Of a stretch of 64,000 nt of DNA, positions 41,179 to 55,226 are shown one piece after another (positions within the stretch are counted from its first letter, which is position 1; each line of letters begins with the position of its first letter). This DNA comes from Octopus vulgaris (lineage: Eukaryota): NCBI GenBank assembly GCA_951406725.2, contig OX597823.1, positions 114,328,001 to 114,392,000 of the forward strand. The letters are read 5' to 3'. The notes below the pieces were generated by a model. It saw only the letters and a program-made list of their open reading frames with translations. It did no database searches and was not told the DNA's origin. The position numbers were made by a program, and so were the translations under genes.

Positions 41179-42008
41179 CACGTATGTATGTATAAACGTA
41201 CAAATACATATATCACTCACACTTATGGCTTAATAAAGATGGAATGAAAAAAAGAAAGGAAGCAACGAAGAAAAATGAAGGAAGAAAGAATGAATGACTC
41301 AATCAATGAAATTAAAACGATATAAATATGGGCAGAGATAAATGATGAGCAACTATGATCTCAGAACACGTGGAAAATATGGCAGAGATGCTGCAGTAAT
41401 TCAATATTACAGAGCAATTAGCGAGAAGGACATCTGACGATGAATAACATCACTTATGCGGCTACAAGTTTGCTATAGAACTTTCGAAGCAAAACGATAT
41501 GTATCTCTTGAACTGTCATGGCTTCATGAAGATGAAGATAGATTTTCTGTAAAACAGCAAAAAAGATATGGCAAAGTAAAAACTGAGTAAGAGAAAGCAG
41601 CAGTAAGTTATGTATAGACTTAATGGAATCAACACAATAAGTCGTTGAGACTAGAGATCAAAGATTACGTATGAAGTTATATAAATTAGATACTGCATTA
41701 AACTTCATTGTGTCTATAGGAAGAGGGAAAGAGTTTGTTTGGCTGGGAGAAGGAAAGCAGGAGAGATGAAAAAAAATAAACGAGTGAGGCTTTGGATGAT
41801 ATTTTTGACGAAGGAACCCGTCTAAAGATGTATTCAAAACTTGTGGTAATTTCTTGATTGAAGTATTGAAAAACTACAACGATATTCTTTCGTATAAACT
41901 GCATTTTAGGCTAATGTACACGATCACACACTCATAGAGAATGGAACCAAATACAGGGACACACGGACAGAAACGTCCTGGTACCTATATACTTGCATAC
42001 ATACAAAC

Positions 42009-42090
<82 letters not shown>

Positions 42091-42452
42091 GCAGATATGT
42101 ATGCACATAATTACACATGTATACGTCCGCATGTGTTTGCGTGATTGTAAGATATTCCAATTCAGAAACGTTGTAAGGCATTACATATGTTAAATGCGTA
42201 ACTTCGTATTTAGATGCAAATATGTGTGTAAGAGTGACTTCGTATACATGTATAAACAAATATTCCTATATATGTGTGTGTGTTTGTATACGTATATATA
42301 CATATATATTTCTTTATTGCCTACAAGGGGCTAAACATAGAGGGGACAAACAAGGACAGACAAAGGGATTAAGTCGATTACATGGCCCCCAGTGCGTAAC
42401 TGGTACTTGCCATGCAGTATTTACATAAACATTTAAGTATATGTACATCGAA

Positions 42453-42487
<35 letters not shown>

Positions 42488-42529
42488 TGTATGTATGTAT
42501 GTATGTATGTATGTATGTATGCATGTGTG

Positions 42530-42573
<44 letters not shown>

Positions 42574-43778
42574 TATATATATCCATACATATTTGTGTGT
42601 GTGTATAAACTACGCGTTTATTTCGAGTTCCGACTATGAATTCTATTCAGAAGGCTTTGGTCGGCCTGGTGTTCAAGGTGCCGCTCAATGGGATAGAACG
42701 CAAGACCAAATGGTTTGGAAGCAAGCTTCTTACCACAGAGGCACGCCTTTGTGCGTACAATCAAATGCTACTGTTGAGTTCAGAGCTTAACAGATTATCA
42801 CCATCCAGTTTGCTTCCAATGTAGTGGCTTGGATATTATTGTACTTCAAAACTATAAATAGATAGTCTTTTCTACTCTGGACACAAGGCCCGAAATTTTG
42901 GGAGAGGGGCCAGTCGATTAGATCGACATCCGTACGCAACTGGTACTTAATTTATAGACCCTGAAAGGATGCAAGGCAAAGTCGAACTCGGCGGAATTTG
43001 AGAGCTATGACTAGATATTGTCTCCAAAGCAAGTGTAGTACATATTACAATAAACATTAGAGAAGCTCATTTGTTCCTCGGTACTTTTCAGAATTTTGGT
43101 GGTAGGGAACTGGAACTCTGCATTGGCTCTTTCAAGTGCAACTGGTTGCTTAAAAACAACGGATCATTAGACTACTACAGTACTGCATTACGTTACAATA
43201 AAATTCAATCTGAAGTTGGATAGATGGCGTGACACTTCATAAACATTTCCAAAGGGAAGTAGAAAGAAAAACAAAAGGCGGTGAAAGATTTAAAGTGTGG
43301 CAAAGAAATAGGGGAAAGGGAGGGAGAAAGGGCAAAACAAAAAAAAAAAGCAGCAAGAGTAGAAGACAGAAACGTGATAGTAAAAGAAAGAAAAAAATGG
43401 AAGGTACAAAGAAATAAAAAGAGACAACGTAAAGTTTAAACTACACAATCATAAAAATGATAAAATATAAAAATATAAATAAAAGTTTGATAAATTTTTT
43501 TTTTAATATTTTAAGAAAATAAGTGACACATTAAAATATACACGCTCTAGAGATAGAGAAGGATATATACAAACAGATGCAGATAGCAAGAAAAAGGCAG
43601 AAGGAAGAGAAAGCATGGGGAAAAAAGTTAGCGTTAGGAAGGGGGGGATGGGAGTCTGTAGAGAACTATGATTTGTAATGGAGAGTTTTGAAAATAAATA
43701 TAAACACAAATATTCGAAAGTAAATTGTATGGGTACGCCTGACCTTATAGAGAGTAGGTGCACTACCCTATATACATA

Positions 43779-43840
<62 letters not shown>

Positions 43841-43844
43841 TATG

Positions 43845-43879
<35 letters not shown>

Positions 43880-43957
43880 ATATATATATATGCATATATA
43901 CATATATATATACACACACACACACACACATACACACACACACATATATATATATAT

Positions 43958-44121
43958 ACGAAGGGCTTATTACAGTTTCCGTCTACCAAATCCATTCAGA
44001 AGGGTTTGGTCGACCGGTAGCTATAGTAGAAGACAGCTACCCAAGGCGGCATGCAGTAGGAGTGGAACCTGAACATGTGGTTAGGAAGTACGCTTCTTGC
44101 CACACAGTCATTCCTGCGCCT
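43958..44121 (-). mobile_element. SINE family B 5' half, diverged
   Basis: CAGTTTCCGTCTACCAAATCCA...CACACAGTCATTCCTGCGCCT. Confidence 0.75.
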
Positions 44122-44209
44122 ATGTACAAACACACACATATATATATATATATCAGAAAAATAAAAACGGAAAATACGCACACTTACATGGTTATTGTAT
44201 AATTTTTAA

Positions 44210-44246
44210 TGTATCGACCGGTTTCGCAATCGCTATTCATGATACA
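44210..44246 (-). ncRNA. Minimal type I hammerhead ribozyme, A3-U8 core variant
   Basis: Minus strand reads TGTATC-ATGAATA-GC[GATT]GC-GAAA-CCGG-TC-GATACA. Confidence 0.75.
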
Positions 44247-44280
44247 ATGTTTAATTTATATGAAAATATATTTTCTCTTA

Positions 44281-44460
44281 AGAAAATACAGACAAACCCC
44301 TCTTAGTGATCACATAGAAAAATGTGCAGCTAACATCAAACCAGATTTTACAGTCTTCCCTTTCTACCAGTATAAAGACACAATCTCTCAACTAGAACAC
44401 TTAAATAAAGGAACTTTTTTCATTGAAAAATACAAAACGCCTCTGAATAAGCACGCATAA
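44281..44460 (+). pseudogene. C-terminal fragment of a PLE GIY-YIG endonuclease
   Basis: RQTPLSDHIEKCA..PDFTVFPFYQ...EHLNKGTFFIEKYKTPLN fits the remembered PLE pattern (SxH, FxxxP, RxxxExxFIxxxxPxLN). The catalytic Glu position reads Gly. Confidence 0.7.
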
Positions 44461-44728
44461 CCAATTTTTATATTTTTACATATTACATCACTGTACATAA
44501 ATCCCCCACTAAACAAGGCCCCCTTTTTTTTAAACCTGTCTCTTTTCTGTACACATATTTTTCCCCACCCAAAACCTAAAGAGTAATCTCCCTTACAGAC
44601 AACAATAACAATAATAACAACCAATTACCTCCCTTTACTTGTCAACTTGTAAAATCATTCACTCGTGAATCTCATTATAAACAACATGGACCCTTAAGAG
44701 AAAATATATTTTCATATAAATTAAACAT

Positions 44729-44765
44729 TGTACCATGAATAGCGATTGCGAAACCGGTCGATACA
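44729..44765 (+). ncRNA. Minimal type I hammerhead ribozyme, A3-U8 core variant (second copy)
   Basis: TGTACC-ATGAATA-GCGATTGC-GAAA-CCGG-TC-GATACA, with one stem I mismatch. Confidence 0.7.
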
Positions 44766-45041
44766 TTAAAAATTATACTATAACCATGTAAGTGTGCGTA
44801 TTTTCCGTTTTTATTTTTCTTATATACATTACAATCCACCACGTGGGGACAACCGAAATTCCTCTTTTCTGTTACTACTACTACTATATATATATATATT
44901 GGTCCAATACTGTAATAACGAATTTTTTAGAAATTTCTATCGATTTATTTCGAGACACATAAATTATAATGGTTAATTGACAATTTTTGTCTTTTTTTCG
45001 GCATATTTGGCATTAGAATTTTTCTTTTGCCCTTATATTGT

Positions 45042-45100
<59 letters not shown>

Positions 45101-45156
45101 GTACGTACGTAAGCATGTACATATCTATGTATTCATGTATGTTGTATGTATGCATA

Positions 45157-45576
45157 CAACCAGAATTGAGGTGGTTTCATGGCAAAGAATCCATCAAGGT
45201 ATCTTTTTCATCATCCAAAGAATTGACATTTTTAACTTTAAGACTATTCTGCAGATACCTGAATAAATGGAAAACCGGAGGAGCATTATCAGGTGAATAT
45301 GGAGGGTGTGTCAACACATCCCAAATGAGCTGCATCAATTTTTGTCTGGTTCCCAAAGCATCAAGTGCCAAGAATGAACTTTCTTATCTTCCATTTTAAA
45401 GGTTTACAGAATTAACACAGGTTATAGGAACATAAATCTTCTTCCACGAAAAGATAGCTTAAACTGTGCTCTAAATGGAAGTGTAGTCAAATCCTATTTT
45501 ATGGACTCAAACATGTTCTAAAATAAGTCGAAAGTTAAGCTACTATAAATCGTCACGAACTTTCCGGATAAGCTGA
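45157..45576 (-). mobile_element. Mariner-derived MITE, partial third copy
   Basis: WDVLTHPPYSPDNAPPVFHLF in track ORF 45177-45371. One decayed TIR. Confidence 0.85.
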
Positions 45577-45711
45577 TATATACTTTAATATGGTACAAAA
45601 TTCATTGTTCTTATACAAGAATATTTTTTTACAGTGACTTGTTTCAGCTACCTAAACCATCTTCGCACTGCAGTTTTTGTATAATGATAATAATAATAAT
45701 AATAATAATCA

Positions 45712-45837
<126 letters not shown>

Positions 45838-45889
45838 AGATAATAACAATAAGAATAATAATAATAATGATAATGATAATAATAATAAA

Positions 45890-46443
45890 TGCCCTGATGC
45901 AGTACTAGGCAGTGGCTCTCATGGCTTCTGATCTTAACTGATTGGAAGTGTCATCATGTACATTGTTTTGTCTTGGTATAAAAGATGGGCTACAGCAAAT
46001 ATTCTGCTCAATACCACAGATTTGCTTGTCAGTTGTTTGACCATAACCAGTTGAGCATGTCCCTTAGTGGCTGACGATATGTGCATCACTGAATACGAGC
46101 AGAAGTAGTGGGGGAGCATCATAGCCCTGTGTTGAGAGGGATTTTGGGGGTTTGAATAATTCACTTCTGGAAACTTGGTTGTTTCGTTCAACCTCTTTAA
46201 ACAAGCCTTATTCAGGGACCTTTTGAGCGGGATGGGCTACTCAAACGGAAGGAAATTATAACTGGGCCGCACCTGCAAGATCTTGTGCTGTTTATCTTGA
46301 TATGAGATCAACACGTCGCGCACATATGGTTGTGATGCATGTGCCTAGTATACCCTTATCAGACGGGTAGTCATGATGGGTATACTAGGCTTTGTATATT
46401 CTTTCCCAATGTCACTTTGATGGCATGCACTGCTCTCTCGCTC

Positions 46444-46496
<53 letters not shown>

Positions 46497-46549
46497 TAAT
46501 AATAATAATAGTAATAATAGTAATAATAATAGTAATAATAGTAATAATG

Positions 46550-46587
<38 letters not shown>

Positions 46588-47093
46588 TGATTGGAAGTGT
46601 CATCATGTACATTGTTTTGTCTTGGTATAAAAGATGGGCTACAGCAAATATTCTGCTCAATACCACAGATTTGCTTGTCAGTTGTTTGACCATAACCAGT
46701 TGAGCATGTCCCTTAGTGGCTGACGATATGTGCATCACTGAATACGAGCAGAAGTAGTGGGGGAGCATCATAGCCATGTGTTGTGAGGGATTCTTTGGGG
46801 TTTGAATAATTCACCTCTGGAAACATGGGTGGTTCTTTCAACATCCTTAAACAACCCTTATTCAGGGACCTTTTGAGCGGGATGGGCTACTCAACCTGAA
46901 GAAAATTCTAACTGGGCCCCACCCGCAAGGTCATGTGCTGTTTATCTTGATATGAGATCACTATGTCGCGCACATATGGTTGTGATGCATGTGCCTGGTG
47001 TACCCTTATCAGACGGGTAGTCATGATGGGTATATTGGGCTTCGTATATTTTACCCCAGTGTCACTTTGATGGCATGAACTGCTCTCTCACTC

Positions 47094-47140
<47 letters not shown>

Positions 47141-47199
47141 TAATAATAATAATAATAATAGTAATAATAGTAATAATAATAGTAATAATAGTAATAATG

Positions 47200-47237
<38 letters not shown>

Positions 47238-47743
47238 TGATTGGAAGTGTCATCATGTACATTGTTTTGTCTTGGTATAAAAGATGGGCTACAGCAAATA
47301 TTCTGCTCAATACCACAGATTTGCTTGTCAGTTGTTTGACCATAACCAGTTGAGCATGTCCCTTAGTGGCTGACGATATGTGCATCACTGAATACGAGCA
47401 GAAGTAGTGGGGGAGCATCATAGCCATGTGTTGTGAGGGATTCTTTGGGGTTTGAATAATTCACCTCTGGAAACATGGGTGGTTCTTTCAACATCCTTAA
47501 ACAACCCTTATTCAGGGACCTTTTGAGCGGGATGGGCTACTCAACCTGAAGAAAATTCTAACTGGGCCCCACCCGCAAGGTCATGTGCTGTTTATCTTGA
47601 TATGAGATCACTATGTCGCGCACATATGGTTGTGATGCATGTGCCTGGTGTACCCTTATCAGACGGGTAGTCATGATGGGTATATTGGGCTTCGTATATT
47701 TTACCCCAGTGTCACTTTGATGGCATGAACTGCTCTCTCACTC
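45890..47743. repeat. Three ~510-550-bp copies of an interspersed repeat separated by (TAA)n arrays
   Basis: Units ~45890-46443, 46587-47093 and 47237-47743. Units 2 and 3 look identical (650-bp period). Unit 1 diverges in its distal part. Confidence 0.9.
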
Positions 47744-48548
47744 AATAATAATAATAATAATAATAATAATACCTCATAATCACTGTAATGTATACTCTTT
47801 TACTCGAAAGAAACAAATCAATATTTAGTGTAAATACAGCAACATCATTCTATATAAGATTCATTTACATTTCTTCTTATGCCAGAGACTCTATAAAATT
47901 GTAAAATGCTGAAGACTTGTACAGAGAGGAAACAAGGAAATTTAACAGACTTCTATATTTACATTGATTTACAAACAACTTCAGGGCTGCCTATTTATAA
48001 AGTGAACTCTGTTATTCTCTAAAATTGTGTAAAATAATAAATAAAATGTTGTGTATTGATTTTTCTCCCTAAAAATGTATTTTGTAAATAATATTTACTC
48101 TATAATAGGATTTTCAAAATTTCTTTGGTGAAAATTCATTTATTAATGGAATTTGAATATTTCTTCATAACAACGTTACTTTCTGTTTAATTGCCGGTCC
48201 TTATATTGACATAGGGTCCATAAAGTTTGTTTAAAAGAGACACAGGTGATAGAATTATCATGTCAGAAATATTTTACTACTGCTGTGAAACTAAGTAGAT
48301 TTTGCACAAGAATGATATTAGTTGTCATATGTAAATATCGTAGGACGTTTTATGTCTAACGTTCTACACACACTGCTCTTAACGTCTCTTTTGATAATAC
48401 TAGCAATTACAGTAACAATCTTAATGTGGATGATGATGAGAAAGAGGAGGAGGAGGAGGAGGACGGGGAATTAATGAAAATCCAGCAAATATCACCCCTA
48501 AACTCAAAGAAGCCACGCGTGCAAAACAGATCTGTACAATTTTCCTTT

Positions 48549-48908
<360 letters not shown>

Positions 48909-48978
48909 TATATACATATATAGGCACATATACATACATATGGATATAGATATATACATATACATATATATATATATA

Positions 48979-49340
48979 TAATATTATTAGTGAATTGAAG
49001 AAATGGAGTTGAACGAAGATTGAACAGAAATCGTTTTATTGCATTCTACACGTGTTTCGAAAGCCACAATTTACCAAATTCCGATTGAATTTTGGTAAAT
49101 TGTGGCTTTCGAAACACGTGTAGAATGCAATAAAACGATTTCTGTTCAATCTTCGTTCAACTCCATTTCTTCAATTCACTAATAATATTAAAATTCAATT
49201 ATCCGCACCAACGCATGGTTGCAACACCATATGGTTGTACCTCCAACCGTGCTGTCTTCTGCTGTGATTTTTGCTACCAAGGTATCGGTTAAACTTTTGA
49301 TTAATCTGCAACAAGATTATTCATCTTTCTACTTCACAAA
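48979..49340 (+). mobile_element. PLE-like end with ~100-bp palindrome centred in HHR stem II
   Basis: 48979-49080 and ~49088-49190 inverted. GGCTTTC-GAAA-CACGTG-TA (49104-49122) is the 3' half of an HHR. Related to 2175-2780. Confidence 0.8.
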
Positions 49341-49345
49341 ATATA

Positions 49346-49385
<40 letters not shown>

Positions 49386-50046
49386 TTTATAGGGAACAGC
49401 GATGACGAAACCTGTGTGGCTTTCTATATTAAGTCATAATAATGATTTTTTATATTTCTTAATTCTACGTCAAATAATTTATTTGTATGTATATATCTTT
49501 GTTTTTATAAAAAAATGGCATTACTTTGATACCTAATGCACATTATCATTGTTTCTTTATACTTTTAGCCCCACACACAGACACACGAATACTACGTATA
49601 TATGTGTGTGTGTGTGTAAGTGTATACTCACACACACACACACACACACACAATGTCATTGATGAGTGCCTCCCCATCATTACTAATATTCATGGCACTA
49701 TTGAGCTATACATCTATTATAAGCAAACTTTTGTTCCACAGGATTACTCTTACCTTGGTAAGGATGCTGGATTTTAAGAATCTGGACTATCCCGAGAAAT
49801 AATCCCCTCTTCATCTAATATACCCGTATTACGCCTTGTTACACACTGGATATGCATGCATATACATGCACACCGGTAGTCAGACAGACAGACTGACAGA
49901 CAGACAGGAAGACAGGTAGACAGGAAGATAGAGAGGCAGATAAATAGATCGATCGATAGCAATAGATAGACAGGTAGACAGAAAAACAGACAGATAGACA
50001 TGTATACAGACAAACAGACAGACAGACATGTGAATGGATATATATT

Positions 50047-50091
<45 letters not shown>

Positions 50092-50127
50092 GAAAGATAG
50101 ATAGATAGATTGATAGATAGATAGATG

Positions 50128-50189
<62 letters not shown>

Positions 50190-50423
50190 CAGACAGATAG
50201 ATTAGCTGATAGATAAATAAAAGTGTATAACATTTGTACTCGTCTCGAGTCTTGCACATCTCGAAAATTTTCCGCACACACTTTTTTTTCTGGATTGTAT
50301 TTAGAAGTTATTCTTGACAATAAACAAGTCTGGCTGTCTGTCTATCTATCTCTATTTATCTATCTTTCTATCTATGTATTATATATACGTAATTACCTAT
50401 ATCTCTCGCTCTATCTCTATACA

Positions 50424-50554
<131 letters not shown>

Positions 50555-50743
50555 TGCTGTATCAGTATTTGATGTGGTTTTAGAGTCATGTTTTGACTGC
50601 TATATCTAGCATCATGGTATCTTTTAGATACCCTTAATTATCGTTTTAATAAAAAATTATTACCTATGAGGTTCTTTATTTCCATGCTAGCCACTTTCAT
50701 ATTATCGGTAATTTAAATACCGATCTTTTCCTTATATATATAA

Positions 50744-50819
<76 letters not shown>

Positions 50820-50959
50820 GTATATATATATATATATATATCCGTCTATCAATCCCTATATTATATATATATATATGTATGTATAAATATTATCTGTCTA
50901 TTTTTTCTTTCTTTCTCTCTGTCTATCAATCTATATACCTATCTTTCTAATTTCATTTA

Positions 50960-51012
<53 letters not shown>

Positions 51013-51612
51013 CTTGTGTGTCAATTTCTCTGCTGCTTGTATGTCTGTTCTCTTGTCACTCTCACACACATTCTCTATGGTTTACTGTCGCATTCTGTCC
51101 GTTTCTGATCTCTTTCCCCCCTCTCTCTCTCTCTCTCTCTCTCTCGTTCTCCCTCTTTCTCTCTCTTTCTCTCTGTCCCTCTATCTATCTTTCTCATATG
51201 CGTATGTCGACCGTCTCCAAACAGATCCGTGTGTTATTCTCCTCCTTTTCAGCCATGAGTGTGTGTGTGTATATGTGTGAGTATGTTTGTGTATATTTGT
51301 GTATGTTTATTTCATGGTAACGCAAATGCTTAGGACTAATATAGCATAAACAGATACATATATACGCATATATTCGTACATATACTTACACACATAATGT
51401 TCGTGCATTTAAATGTATGACTATGCATCTATTTTGCAATGTATGCATGTATGATACATGTATGCATGCATTCATGCATGTGTGCATGTATGTATGCATA
51501 TATGTGTGTATGAATGAATGTATGAGTGTATATATGTATGCGTGTACTTTTGTATGTATGCATGTATGTATGTAAGACTGAATGAATAAATGCGTGTGTA
51601 TGAATCTATGTG

Positions 51613-51671
<59 letters not shown>

Positions 51672-51677
51672 ATACAT

Positions 51678-51744
<67 letters not shown>

Positions 51745-51835
51745 ATTATGTATGTATAATTTTTGTATGTATGCATGCATGTATGTATATAAGACTGAAT
51801 GAATAAATGTGTGTATGAATCTATGTGGGTATATA

Positions 51836-51927
<92 letters not shown>

Positions 51928-52793
51928 CACACACATATATATATATATACGTGACTATGTATCTATATATATGTGGGTATGCATATATGTCCATGTGCAT
52001 GTATGTGTCTACATATGCATGGATGTATGTATACGTTTATATATCAGTACTGTCTCTGTGTATAATCCTGTGTTTGCATTGTACTATGGAAATCTGTCAA
52101 CAAATGCCTTCACCAAGCTTCCAACCTCGAGCGACATCTCACGTTTCGTAGCATTGGTCACGTTTCCAGAAGATTCCATACAATCTTTTACAAGCCAACT
52201 GTGTAGCTTTATCAGAATGAACCCCCTCGGATTGTCCAACCATCTCGGGCTGAATGTTATATCCTATTTAATCCCTTACTCTATACACAGTGAAATACTG
52301 CCTCTAATGCCTTATAGCACTGCCATAGTAAAGAATTATTGTCCGACCACCAGCAACACTACACTACCACTGCTACCATCATCATCTTCCTCCTCTCACT
52401 CCCCTCACTCATTCAACTTTTTCTTCTCCGTTTTCCTGTTGTTTTTTTAGTCATTCATCATCTTATTTTTGTTCTTACTTTTTTTAAAATGAACGCCATA
52501 GTAGTCATCATCAAGATTATCGTCATCTTCATCAACATCATCATCGTCATCATAATTATCATCAGCAGCAGCAGTGACTGCAGCCGCGGCAACAGCAGTA
52601 GCACCACCACCACCAACTCCAACACCACCACCACCTCTACCACCGAGAATGTTCTTTTTAACTTCATCATGCATATTAATTCTCTTTCCAAACGATTCAA
52701 CATATGCTTGTATCTATCGATTTAGCTATCCATTTATTTATCCATCCATCTATCTCTCTCTTTATCTACCTATCTGTCTGTCTATCTATCTAC

Positions 52794-52865
<72 letters not shown>

Positions 52866-53024
52866 ATATCTATCTATCTGGGTGTCTGTCTGTCTATGCA
52901 TCTATCGATATGTCTCCCTCTCTATATATCTATATATCTACCTATCGAAATATGTTTGTGTGTGTGTGTAAACATACATTTATATTCCTTTGCTTGTATA
53001 ACTATATATACATATATATATACT

Positions 53025-53132
53025 CTAAACGTAAAAGTCTTTTTCAATTCCCGAGCGTTATACTGATACATCTGTTTGTTGTCTACACCACCTGTCCACG
53101 TCTTTTGTTTGTTTTTTTCGTGAATTCTCCCT
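53025..53132 (+). mobile_element. Truncated copy of the 55075-55180 terminus, in (TA)n
   Basis: AAACGTAAAAG.CTTTTTCAATTCCC.AGCGTTATACT.ATACA.CTGTTTGTTGTCTACAC shared. Starts at the HHR-like (G)AAA. Confidence 0.7.
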
Positions 53133-53147
53133 ACATATATGTATATA

Positions 53148-53199
<52 letters not shown>

Positions 53200-53435
53200 C
53201 GCAGACGTGGCTGAGTAATAAGCACGTTGGTTCCCAACCACATTGTTCGTGGTTCATACCCTTTGCCTGGCACCTTGGGCCGATCAAAGCATACGCACAT
53301 ATATGTATTTCTTTTTGAATATATATTGTTGTCCTATGAAAACGTATTAGTGCAGTTTATGTCCACTGACCGCTAATTAGGTATTACTACATACTAACTG
53401 GTTGATAGTATCTTTTAATTAAGTGATTTCGAATA

Positions 53436-53670
53436 CTGGTAAATTCATTGCAGAGAAGATTCACTGCCATCAATTCACCGCAGAATAAATTCACCGGGAG
53501 GAATTGTACCGAGAAAATATATCCACAGAATCTCACCCTTAATAGTTACAAACTATTTTAACTAATAGAAAAAAAGAGGCTGAACTGATGACAGTTAACT
53601 TACCACGAGTTGAACTGATGACGGTTAACTTTCACTGAGGTGAATTGATGACGGTGAAGCAACCGGTGAT
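53436..53670. repeat. Fold-back-like element with inverted arrays of ~15-20-bp subrepeats
   Basis: AATTCACCG-type repeats on the left and (G)GTGAATT/TGAACTGATGAC repeats on the right. Confidence 0.45.
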
Positions 53671-54740
53671 GGTAATGTCCTATCTTAAATAAATATGATA
53701 AAACTCACGAGATCATGGTATTGTTTCATTATAAATACTTGATGTCGTACATGATCAGTGTACTGAAATTCATAAATTTTACTTCAACTTGTAGTAGTAG
53801 TAGTAGTAGCAACAGCAGCGGCATGAGCAGTAGCCGCAATACTATTTGTAGCTACTCTTGTGGTTGTGCTGATAATGTTTGCGTTTGTTGTGCAGCTCAG
53901 GTCAGCTCTTAAACTATGTTCAAACATATTCCAGTCATGACCATCCCGTCTTTATTCAACATTTAGGAAACTTATGACCACAATATTCTACTCATTGTTA
54001 TTTAAGACAGATTTGAGTTAGATTTACCTCCCATTCGTAGTGAGCTATGTTAACTTATAAAGGTCCCTCCTTTGTACATAGGGTGTGAGTAACAGGGGCG
54101 TTGTTGTTGGTGTTGTTGTTGTTGGTGGTGGTGGCGGTGGTGGTGGTGGTGGTGGCGGTGGCGGGTGGTGTTGGCGGCTACCGGTGGTGTTGGTGGGTGA
54201 TGGTTTTGGCGGGTGGTGGTGGCGGCTGCTGGTGGTGTTGGCGGGTGGTGGTGTTGGCGGGTGGTGGTGGTGGCGAGTGGTGTTGGTGGTGATCGTGGTG
54301 ATGATGCTGGCGGGTGGTGGTGGTGCATTATCGTCGTCTCGTAGTCATGTTGGTAGAGTGGTGACAGTCAACGAGGTGGTGATAAATATTTGGGTTTCGA
54401 TAATGGTGATTGTGACGGTTACGGTTATTGTCGTCTTCCTTGTCTTTCCAATTATGGTTTTATAAGGTGAGCACCGAGAAGCAGGAAATATTTCTTGAAA
54501 CAATGATGCCTCTCCAGCATCCACTTTCCAATCCTATCAAGTTAAAAGTCCAGAGCAATTTAGTCGTTGACAAAGACACAGAACTCACAATATTATATTT
54601 TATTGCTGAAATTGAGAATCTTTTCTTATCAATAAAATTCTGTCATTTTCCTATGATCTGAAGGTATATTTCCATTGTCTTTGATGTGGTCTATTCCTTT
54701 TATTACTTCTGTTGTCCTAATTAATTCTTTCTATCATATA

Positions 54741-55177
54741 TACCTTCTCCTTCTTCCCTTCATCGTCACCCCTCACTCGTAAGCCCACCCCACCCCTACA
54801 CATTTCAACCCCACGTTCCCTATCCTTCCCCATCTTACGCCACCCCACCCTCAGCCTACTCATACCCCACCTCTCCTCACACACTCACCCTAACCCACAC
54901 CCCACCCATGCTTTCCTCACTCCCGCCTCGCCCACCTCCCAACACCATCACCCCACACCACACACCACTACACCTTACACCACAGTGCCACGATAGATCG
55001 CTAACCACTACACATTCTTTATTTTCTCTCCTTGTTTCTTTCTGTGCTCCTTTCTGTGGAAGAACGTAGGCTCGAAACGTTAAAGACATTTTCAATTCCC
55101 AAGCGTTATACTAATACAGCTGTTTGTTGTCTACACGACCTGTCTTCGTCTTCTGGGTATTTTTGTGTGAATTTTCC

Positions 55178-55180
<3 letters not shown>
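54741..55180 (+). mobile_element. Probable PLE 3' UTR (C-rich) with HHR-like motif, ending in (TA)n
   Basis: C-rich strand-biased tract, then CTTT-CTGTGGA-A-GAAC[GTAG]GCTC-GAAA-CG-TT-AAAG (55050-55085). Second partial copy at 53025. Confidence 0.55.

Positions 55181-55226
<46 letters not shown>

Larger units (their letters stand above)
44155..44875 (+). mobile_element. Penelope-like retroelement 3' end (GIY-YIG C-terminus, 3' UTR/pLTR with HHR) with inverted 5' pLTR piece
   Basis: Arms 44155-44282 and 44693-44820. Coding remnant at 44281-44460. HHR in both arms. TA-flanked. Confidence 0.85.

Noticed and set aside
49391-49430. GATGACGAAACCTGTGTGG partial hammerhead next to a TA array
   Set aside because: Lacks the CUGA core and the UH site. 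At most a truncated remnant.
54050-54465. Gly/Val- or His/Pro-rich ORFs
   Set aside because: (GGT)n-derived low-complexity repeat.
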